Source: an uncultured Candidatus Saccharibacteria bacterium
GTDB lineage: Bacteria > Patescibacteriota > Minisyncoccia > Phycocordibacterales > DSPV01
Assembly: GCA_964616075.1 (NCBI GenBank)
Contig: CAZTRA010000003.1
Coordinates: 26,075 to 90,074, forward strand
Direction of reading: 5' to 3'
Length of the DNA: 64,000 nucleotides
Part shown: positions 38,714 to 45,956 of the stretch, one piece after another
Numbering within the stretch: the first letter of the stretch is position 1
Layout of the letters: each line of letters opens with the position of its first letter
Program-made: the position numbers and the translations under genes
The notes under the pieces: generated by a model
The model's database searches: none
The model's input: the letters and a program-made list of their open reading frames with translations, nothing else
Told to the model about the DNA's origin: nothing

Positions 38714-39021
38714 CGCGTCGCCTGTTCCCGCGCAATAGCAATAATCGTATCAAAATTATCTTTCGAATGGACGGTTTGCTTTCTTTGGAAATGACATCGT
38801 TGGCACTCGTGAGTGAGTACCCACTGACCGGAACGCTGGCCAACGGCACAGGGCTTCATCAAACCAAAACATTTCTCCGCACGATCACCAGGATACACAT
38901 CAACATGCTTACTCCACAAGCAGGCCGAGCAATGGTTGGTGTAGCCATCACCCAATACTTCGTGCCCACAATGATCACAAAGGAATGATTCTTGGCGCTT
39001 CGTGAATTTCTTGTGCTCCAT
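38710..39021 (-). CDS. RNHCP-domain zinc-binding protein (ORF track start 39051)
   Basis: F.C.HCG..V...YTNHCS.CLWSKHVD..PGDRA..C.GLM. Confidence 0.9.
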   Translation of the reverse strand: MEHKKFTKRQESFLCDHCGHEVLGDGYTNHCSACLWSKHVDVYPGDRAEKCFGLMKPCAVGQRSGQWVLTHECQRCHFQRKQTVHSKDNFDTIIAIAREQATR

Positions 39022-39085
39022 AGTATGTGATACTGCACAACAACAAAGCAAACGTCAACATCTCCCACAATGATCGTACACCTCT

Positions 39086-39907
39086 TTATGGATCACACAG
39101 GACAAGATGCCCTTTTTGTTTTTTTATTAATCCGTCTTGTATAAGACTCGCTATAACTTGACTGCTCTTCCCTGTACCAACACAACGAATTGCCGACGCG
39201 ACCGACACACCCCCCTCCGCAAGCAGAAAGCGGAGCAATTTTCCTCGGGCCTCACGAATGCTACCAATAAACTTTTTTTGTCTTACATACTGTCGACTCA
39301 ATCGACTTTTATTACCAATCGTTATCTTAAGCATAGAACCATAATCCATCAGCGCCGAATACCACATGCGTGGATCTTTTGTGTATAGTGTTCGCTCAAT
39401 AAACGGAAGCAGTGCCTTATCAGAAACTGGCAGGGTTGTATTCTTAAAAAAATGATGAATGTACACAGTACGAATATTAGTTTCAATAAACACAAGAGGC
39501 ATATTGTACGCATACACACATATAGCAGCCGCCGTATCCTTACCGATACCAGGAAGTAAATCTAATTCATCAATCACTCGTGGCACATGACCTCCGTATC
39601 GATCAACAATAATTTTTGCGGCATTATGTAAAAACTTTGCCCGACGGTTATATCCAAGCCCTTGCCATATACGTAATACCTCTAAAAATGACGCGCGAGC
39701 TAAATCAAATACCGTTGGAAAGCGCGTTGTAAATAAAAGATATTTATCAATCACTCGAGTGACTTGTGTCTGTTGCAACATTACCTCAGATACCATAATA
39801 CAATACGGATCACTTGTTTTTCGCCATGGTAATGTACGTCCATGAACCGAAAAGTACGAGAGTATCGTTGTCTGAAATTTCCTAACTGTATGTCGTTGTA
39901 TACCCAT
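39086..39907 (-). CDS. mutY: MutY-like A/G-specific adenine glycosylase (HhH-GPD)
   Basis: LPWR...PY...VSEVMLQQTQV, WQGLGYNRRA, LPGIG HhH; no Fe-S cysteines. Confidence 0.88.
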   Translation of the reverse strand: MGIQRHTVRKFQTTILSYFSVHGRTLPWRKTSDPYCIMVSEVMLQQTQVTRVIDKYLLFTTRFPTVFDLARASFLEVLRIWQGLGYNRRAKFLHNAAKIIVDRYGGHVPRVIDELDLLPGIGKDTAAAICVYAYNMPLVFIETNIRTVYIHHFFKNTTLPVSDKALLPFIERTLYTKDPRMWYSALMDYGSMLKITIGNKSRLSRQYVRQKKFIGSIREARGKLLRFLLAEGGVSVASAIRCVGTGKSSQVIASLIQDGLIKKQKGHLVLCDP

Positions 39908-40055
39908 TTATTTCACCATATTCATACCTACCTACCGACCACACGACCTAATGATACCTATTTTGATACACTTACTGATCACCAATGAACAGCAAAAATT
40001 CCTAATTCAACATAATTTCAAGTAAAATACTGTACCTAAGCCGCATTTTAAAATC

Positions 40056-40131
40056 TGGTCGGGGCGCCGGGATTCGAACCCGGAGTCTCATGCTCCCAAA
40101 GCATGCATGTTAGCCGTTACACCACGCCCCG
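40056..40131 (-). tRNA. tRNA-Pro(TGG)
   Basis: CGGGGCG acceptor, CATGC-TTTGGGA-GCATG anticodon arm, GTTCGAATC, CCA. Confidence 0.97.
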
Positions 40132-40185
40132 TACAACCTATCCCCTCACGGAAACATTCAGATACTCTATCACGAAATCACTGCT

Positions 40186-40560
40186 TCACAATGCTTCCAT
40201 AAGCAAAGACACTTGAGCCCGTTTTGAAACCGTGTCAAGCAACACCCCACATACACCAAAACACCAATTTCCCTCTACTCTTTTTTCAAGCACATAAGAT
40301 CCTATCACCCGTCGCAACTTAGCAACCTTTTCACGTGTAACCCGTTCCTCAGGGCGACAACACTCCTTCACAACGGTCCATGAGCTACTTAAAGATTCAA
40401 CCGTTTTAACTTCAACAAATAAAAGTCTGTCCACATATTGCATCACAAGATCAATTTCACCCCATGGTTTACGGTAATTCTTACAAATACACACATACCC
40501 CTTCTTTTCGAGAAATTTTTGAGCAATCTGCTCACCCAAAACACCAATATTATATTTCAT
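40186..40560 (-). CDS. yraN: YraN/UPF0102 family endonuclease-like protein
   Basis: G.LGE..A..FL..KGY....NYR...GEIDLV.....L.FVEVK. Confidence 0.9.
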   Translation of the reverse strand: MKYNIGVLGEQIAQKFLEKKGYVCICKNYRKPWGEIDLVMQYVDRLLFVEVKTVESLSSSWTVVKECCRPEERVTREKVAKLRRVIGSYVLEKRVEGNWCFGVCGVLLDTVSKRAQVSLLMEAL

Positions 40561-40575
40561 GTGTAACTTCCATTT

Positions 40576-40591
40576 AGTTTCACGTGAAACG
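40576..40591. promoter_or_regulatory. parS site (ParB binding)
   Basis: AGTTTCACGTGAAACG with perfect GTTTCACGTGAAAC core; weaker copies at 40327-40342 and 40553-40568. Confidence 0.75.
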
Positions 40592-40778
40592 TGAATATCA
40601 AATTTTATAGCTATGTTGTATTAAAAGACAACATTATTATCATGTCTTTTTCCACATAGTCCACATACTTATCCCCAACTCTAGACCTCTCTAGGAGGCA
40701 AAACAGCTCAACAAAGCCTTTTTAAGAAAAAAAACTTTTATTAACAGACATTTACTTACCTAAAAAGCGCTTGTCCTT

Positions 40779-40852
40779 TGGTGCGGGTAGGGAGAATCGA
40801 ACTCCCGTCTCGTCCTTGGCAAGGACGCATTCTACCACTAAACCATACCCGC
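40779..40852 (-). tRNA. tRNA-Gly(GCC)
   Basis: GCGGGTA acceptor, CGTCC-TTGCCAA-GGACG anticodon arm, GTTCGATTC, CCA. Confidence 0.97.
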
Positions 40853-40916
40853 AAGTAAAAATTCCACGAAACACAAAGAGTATATCGTAGAGTGCGCACT
40901 TCTACAAACCAACAGG

Positions 40917-40988
40917 TGCCCTCGGCAGGATTCGAACCCACAACAACGGTTCCGAAGACCGTTGTGATATCCATTTCACCACGAGGGC
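40917..40988 (-). tRNA. tRNA-Arg(TCG), CCA not fully encoded (CCT)
   Basis: GCCCTCG acceptor, ACGGT-CTTCGGA-ACCGT anticodon arm, GTTCGAATC. Confidence 0.95.
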
Positions 40989-41046
40989 AGGCGATTATGA
41001 TACAACACTTTGCCCCGTAACAGCAAAAAAGCTACTATAACAACAT

Positions 41047-42552
41047 ATGGAGCATCAAACAGCTGAAATATGGGTATCTATACCACACGAGGTATACAGC
41101 ACCACCCTAATACTCAAAAAAAATGGTAAAAAAGCCTTCCTTGTAGGAGGTTGTGTGCGCGACCTTATTATCGGAAAACAACCAAAAGACTGGGACATCA
41201 CCACAGACGCGTTACCGCAAGAAATACAATCCTTATACCCTCATACCCATTATGAAAACACTTTTGGTACAGTAGGCGTCATATTTGACACTCCGAGCAC
41301 CGAAACTGTTCGTATTATTGAAATAACGCCTTTTAGGAAGGAATCTGCATATAAAGACCACAGACACCCTCAAGAAGTCCTATTTGCAAGAGAAATAGAA
41401 GAAGATCTAAAACGTCGCGACTTTACAATAAACGCAATCGCGCTCGATATTCAAGGAGAGAAGGAGGGATTTTATAAAGGACAAATTATTGACCTTTATG
41501 GGGGTATCGGTGACCTTAGCAAAAAAATACTCAAGACAGTAGGAAACCCAATTGACAGATTTACAGAAGATGGACTACGCATTTTACGAGCAGTACGCCT
41601 TGCAACAGAGCTCTCTTTCTCAATAGACGCCGACACAGAGCGGGGAATTATTGAAATCGCCCCAACACTGCTACATATTTCAACGGAACGAATACGGGAT
41701 GAACTAGTTAAAATTATTCAGTCAGAAAATCCTATGACGGGCTTTTTGCTCCTGAAGAAGCTTAAACTTTTACCCTATATCATACCAGAATTAGCCCAAT
41801 CCATTGACGTAGAACAAAATAAAGCCCATTCATATGATGTTTTTGAACACCTATTAAGAAGCCTCCAGCATGCAGCAAAAAAAAATTACCCTTTGGAAGT
41901 TCGACTCGCGGCACTCTTGCATGACATTGGGAAGCCTGCAACACGCCGAAAGGGAGCAAATGGCGAATGGACGTTCTACGGACACGAAGTTGTTGGGTCA
42001 AAAATGGCCAGAAACATACTCAAACAATTAAAGTTTCCCGTGAAACTCATCGATACGGTTACTTCTTTGGTACGTTGGCACATGTTCTTTTCTGATACAG
42101 AAAAGATAACACTTTCAGCTGTACGCAGAATTATTACAAAAGTAGGAAAAGATCACATCTGGAATCTTATGGATCTTCGTGTCTGTGATCGTATTGGCAC
42201 AGGTAGACCAAAAGAAGACCCCTATCGATTAAGAAAATACCGTGCCATGATTGAAGAGGCTCTACACGACCCCTTATCGGTCGGCACGCTTGCCATAAAT
42301 GGATCTGACATAATGCGAGATCTATCACTCGAACCAGGACCAAAAATTGGCCATATCCTGCACGCCCTTCTTGAAGAAGTACTTGAAGACCCCTCAAAAA
42401 ATACTGCTATTATCCTTACAAAAAGAGCAACTGAATTAAACGCTCTTCCTGTAGAGGTATTACAATCACTTGGCAAACAAGGAAAAAATAGAAAAGACGA
42501 ACAGGAGCAAGATCTTATCGACGAAATACGCTCAAAATATGGCGTAAAATAA
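41047..42552 (+). CDS. cca: CCA-adding tRNA nucleotidyltransferase with HD domain
   Basis: VGGCVRD...KDWDITT, DLKRRDFTINAIA, RFTEDGLRILRAVR, ERIRDE, LHDIGK. Confidence 0.93.
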   Translation: MEHQTAEIWVSIPHEVYSTTLILKKNGKKAFLVGGCVRDLIIGKQPKDWDITTDALPQEIQSLYPHTHYENTFGTVGVIFDTPSTETVRIIEITPFRKESAYKDHRHPQEVLFAREIEEDLKRRDFTINAIALDIQGEKEGFYKGQIIDLYGGIGDLSKKILKTVGNPIDRFTEDGLRILRAVRLATELSFSIDADTERGIIEIAPTLLHISTERIRDELVKIIQSENPMTGFLLLKKLKLLPYIIPELAQSIDVEQNKAHSYDVFEHLLRSLQHAAKKNYPLEVRLAALLHDIGKPATRRKGANGEWTFYGHEVVGSKMARNILKQLKFPVKLIDTVTSLVRWHMFFSDTEKITLSAVRRIITKVGKDHIWNLMDLRVCDRIGTGRPKEDPYRLRKYRAMIEEALHDPLSVGTLAINGSDIMRDLSLEPGPKIGHILHALLEEVLEDPSKNTAIILTKRATELNALPVEVLQSLGKQGKNRKDEQEQDLIDEIRSKYGVK

Positions 42553-42602
42553 AGTTTCATATGTAACATTTACATTTATTTTTAATTGTTACACGTGAAA
42601 AA
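42553..42602. promoter_or_regulatory. Two parS-like sites
   Basis: AGTTTCATATGTAACA (42553-42568) and TGTTACACGTGAAAAA (42587-42602). Confidence 0.6.
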
Positions 42603-42651
42603 CCGCTCGTGCGGCGTCGGAGAACTACAATGACGGCGCAAGAGCGGTTTT
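42598..42651. terminator. Bidirectional terminator-like hairpin
   Basis: AAAACCGCTC-GTGCG...CGCA-AGAGCGGTTTT. Confidence 0.65.
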
Positions 42652-42937
42652 AGTGTGGTTTGGGCATGTTCCAGTTTGTGGTCATTAAACGCTTCGGATA
42701 AGTAATCCGAAAATGGATGTATTGAGAATTCTTATCCTCGTTTATATAAACCCTAAAAACCAGGGCAACCTGACACCACGAAAGAGAGTTTGGCGCTCCT
42801 CTTGTTTTGAAAGAACTGTACCGATGTAACCGCTTGAGCTATCACTAGCACACCAACATATAAACATATACCCTGTCTGCTCCTGCGATCTTCTGATACA
42901 TATTGTATGTCCTTTATACGCATTGTAAAGGACATAT

Positions 42938-42946
42938 TGTGGATAA
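42938..42946. promoter_or_regulatory. DnaA box
   Basis: TGTGGATAA = perfect TTATCCACA on minus strand, intergenic. Confidence 0.5.
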
Positions 42947-42954
42947 GTTGTCCT

Positions 42955-43719
42955 TTATAGAACTATGCTTATAGGGCAGTGATCTGAACCCATCACTGTA
43001 TCGTGAATGGCTACCTTTTTAACCTCAGTCAAAACGTTTTTTGAAACAAAAAAATAATCTATACGCCACCCCACATTTCGATCACGGGCAAAGGTCTTCA
43101 TATCCCAATAAGTATAACGATTTTTTACTAAAGGATAAAAATGTCGATACACATCAATAAAATCAAAAGATATCACCCGATCAATCCAAGCCCGTTCTTC
43201 TGGTAAAAAACCAGTATTTTTCTCATTTTCTTTTGGTCGAGCTAAGTCGATTTCAGTGTGCGCAGTATTTACATCTCCACAAAAAATAACTTTTATTCCT
43301 CTTTCTTTTATTTTGTTTATATACAAAAGAAATGAATCATAATAACGGAGCTTAAACGCTAAACGATCCGGTCCACCGCCACCATTTGGGAAGTACGTAT
43401 TATTAAGCGCCATATTTTCAAAAAACAAAGTGATAGAACGGCCTTCTTGATCAAGATCTGGGACGCCAATACCATATTCAACCTTTATTGGTGCCACTTT
43501 GGTATACACAGAAACCCCACTATAGCCCTTTTTCACCTTTGCATGATCAAAGAACGATATAAATCCCGGAACGTTCTGTACCACAAGCGGCAACTGATCC
43601 TTATGAGCCTTAATTTCTTGTAAACAGAGAATATCTGGTTGCAACTCAAACACCGAATCAAATGCTCCTTTTTTATGAAGCGCTCGTAACCCGTTCACAT
43701 TCCAAGAAATAATATTCAC
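42955..43719 (-). CDS. xth: Exodeoxyribonuclease III / AP endonuclease
   Basis: SWNVNGLRA, LCLQEIK, GYSGV, YFPNG, GDVN.AH, GWRIDYF, GSDHCP. Confidence 0.97.
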   Translation of the reverse strand: MNIISWNVNGLRALHKKGAFDSVFELQPDILCLQEIKAHKDQLPLVVQNVPGFISFFDHAKVKKGYSGVSVYTKVAPIKVEYGIGVPDLDQEGRSITLFFENMALNNTYFPNGGGGPDRLAFKLRYYDSFLLYINKIKERGIKVIFCGDVNTAHTEIDLARPKENEKNTGFLPEERAWIDRVISFDFIDVYRHFYPLVKNRYTYWDMKTFARDRNVGWRIDYFFVSKNVLTEVKKVAIHDTVMGSDHCPISIVL

Positions 43720-43742
43720 TCTTTCATTTTAACAAAAAATCC

Positions 43743-44717
43743 TTACGAACGTTTTTTGTTGTGAAATTTCGCGTGTACGTCTCGAAGATGTTTATCAGTT
43801 ACGTGTGTATACACCTGAGTTGTAGCGATGTGTGCATGGCCTAAAAGCGCCTGCACGCTTCGTAAATCAGCCCCGTTCGAAAGGAGATCTGTTGCAAATG
43901 TGTGACGCAGCACGTGGGGTGTTACTTTTTTACTAATGCCCGCTTTAATAGCGTAGTGTTTTACCAATCGCTCAACAGAGCGTGGGGATAGTGCAGAAGT
44001 AGCATCCTTTTTATTTTTCTGTACTGAAGGACTCCCTACCTGCACAAAAAGTGCTTCACCAAAGTCTTTTCGAGCATCGAGATACGCATGAAGCGCTTTT
44101 TTTGCCTCAGGAGAAATAAAAACGACCCGTACCTTATCTCCTTTTCCACGAACCGCACATTCATCAATCGACAAATCAATATCGCGCGGAAGCGAACATA
44201 GTTCAGACACACGCAATCCTGTTGAAAATAACAACTCCAATATCGCCCGATCACGGAGCGCTTGTATACCCGATCCCTCTGGCGCAGCCAGCAAACGCCT
44301 TAATTCAACCTCTGTAATAAGATCAAGAGATCGATCTCCCACTTTAGCAAGCTCAATACGCTCAGGCGCAAGGGCAGGGATACCACGACGCACGAGATAC
44401 TTAAGGAACGCTCGAAGTGCAATAAGATAATAATTTTGGGTTTTCTTCTTGAGAGTACCACCGCTAATTCCCGCAACAAAACGCCCAGCCGCGTTAAGTG
44501 TCAATGCACGTCGTGGATCAACCATTCGACGATTAAGTACTATGCGATAGTGTCGCATTACTTCATCAGTAATATCTTCAGGATGTTCACACTTGGTTTC
44601 TTGTAAAAAAAGAGAGAGGTACCGATCATAATTTTCGACCGTTTTAACACTTCTTCCACGTTCAATTTCAATATATTCAAGAAACTCACGCACCAACTCC
44701 TTTAAAGATCTGCTCAT
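43743..44717 (-). CDS. XerC/XerD-family tyrosine recombinase (ORF track start 44744)
   Basis: RDRAILELLFSTGLRVSEL, GKG.K.R, TPHVLRHTFAT.LL..GADLR.VQ.LLGH....TTQVYTH. Confidence 0.95.
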   Translation of the reverse strand: MSRSLKELVREFLEYIEIERGRSVKTVENYDRYLSLFLQETKCEHPEDITDEVMRHYRIVLNRRMVDPRRALTLNAAGRFVAGISGGTLKKKTQNYYLIALRAFLKYLVRRGIPALAPERIELAKVGDRSLDLITEVELRRLLAAPEGSGIQALRDRAILELLFSTGLRVSELCSLPRDIDLSIDECAVRGKGDKVRVVFISPEAKKALHAYLDARKDFGEALFVQVGSPSVQKNKKDATSALSPRSVERLVKHYAIKAGISKKVTPHVLRHTFATDLLSNGADLRSVQALLGHAHIATTQVYTHVTDKHLRDVHAKFHNKKRS

Positions 44718-44823
44718 CGCTTCATTATAATCTATGTCGCACAATATATTTGAGAAAAACAGATCTTTATATGCTATACGAAGTACTCTTGCCTAAAAAG
44801 GTCTTATATGTTAGGCTTATTTT

Positions 44824-45090
44824 ATGCTTACGAAGACGAAGAAACAGAAAATCATTAAAGAGGCTGCTATCCATAATACGGATACAGGCTCTCCTGAGGT
44901 GCAGGTATCACTTCTCACTAAACGAATTGAAGAATTGACCGAGCATTTAAAGAAGAACAAAAAAGATTTTCACTCACGTCGTGGTCTCCTGCAGATGGTT
45001 GCAGACCGTCAGAGCATGTTGAATTATTTGAAAAAGAAAAACACAAAACGCTTCACTTCTCTTTCAAAGAAAATCGACAAAAAGAAGTAA
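44824..45090 (+). CDS. rpsO: 30S ribosomal protein S15
   Basis: [18 protein letters not shown]...[10 protein letters not shown]. Confidence 0.99.
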   Translation: MLTKTKKQKIIKEAAIHNTDTGSPEVQVSLLTKRIEELTEHLKKNKKDFHSRRGLLQMVADRQSMLNYLKKKNTKRFTSLSKKIDKKK

Positions 45091-45268
45091 TTCTGCTCAC
45101 TTATCTTTATTTAGATCGCACACCATTCCTCTTTCTGGTGTGTGTAAGCATATTTCGTGCAAAAATTCATGTATTTTTAGAAAAAGTTTTCCCCAATTAC
45201 ACCGACACAAAATAGAAAAAATATTCTATTATTCACCTCCCGAACCTTTTACATACCTAATATAATCT

Positions 45269-45790
45269 ATGTCCATGTCTATTATAAAACATAAAAATCA
45301 ACGTGTTGGCGTCTTTATTGATGCACAAAACATGTATCACAGCGCTAAACATCTCTACCGAGCACGGGTCAATTTTAAAAACGTTGTTGCGAACGCCGTT
45401 GGCGATCGACAACTTATCCGAGCTATCGCGTACGCAGCCAAAACAGAATCTGGCGAAGAGAATGCTTTTTTTGAGGCTCTTTCAAAAGCTGGTATTGAAA
45501 CAAAAACAAAAGATTTACAAATTTTTGCGGACGGTACCAAAAAAGCAGATTGGGATGTTGGACTTGCTGTTGATGCTATTAAAATGGCACCGAAACTTGA
45601 TGCCATCATCATATGTACTGGGGACGGGGACTTTATCCCCGCGGTCGAATACCTGAAAGCAACCCATGGCTGTCAAGTAGAAGTAGCCTCTTTTGGTAAA
45701 TCAACATCATCAAAACTCGTTGAGGCATGTGACCATTTTATGGATCTTGATGAAAGTCCTCAACAATACCTCATTAGTGGTAAACGCTAA
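45269..45790 (+). CDS. NYN-domain (LabA/DUF88, PIN-like) protein
   Basis: VFIDAQN, K.DWDVGLAVD, TGDGDF.P, L..ACD.F. Confidence 0.92.
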   Translation: MSMSIIKHKNQRVGVFIDAQNMYHSAKHLYRARVNFKNVVANAVGDRQLIRAIAYAAKTESGEENAFFEALSKAGIETKTKDLQIFADGTKKADWDVGLAVDAIKMAPKLDAIIICTGDGDFIPAVEYLKATHGCQVEVASFGKSTSSKLVEACDHFMDLDESPQQYLISGKR

Positions 45791-45882
45791 CATTCATAAA
45801 AACAATCAAAATTTATTGTTCCGCTGTTTTTATTATGGTCAAATCGAGTTTTTAATGTTACAGTGAATTTCTACTCATAATT

Positions 45883-45950
45883 GCTCGTCGGTGGATAAGT
45901 AGCTCTTAAGCGCGAAGTGTACGCTTGAGACCTAAAATCCAACGACGAGT
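45883..45950 (+). promoter_or_regulatory. Long stem-loop in pnp 5' leader
   Basis: GCTCGTCG-GTGGAT / ATCCA-ACGACGAGT outer stem enclosing TCTTAAGCG/CGCTTGAGA inner stem; ends 6 nt before ATG. Confidence 0.65.
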
Positions 45951-45956
45951 GCGCGT

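Noticed and set aside
43743-44717. Tyrosine recombinase as prophage or island integrase near tRNAs
   Set aside because: XerC/D-type motifs, housekeeping neighbours, no duplicated tRNA 3' end or cargo
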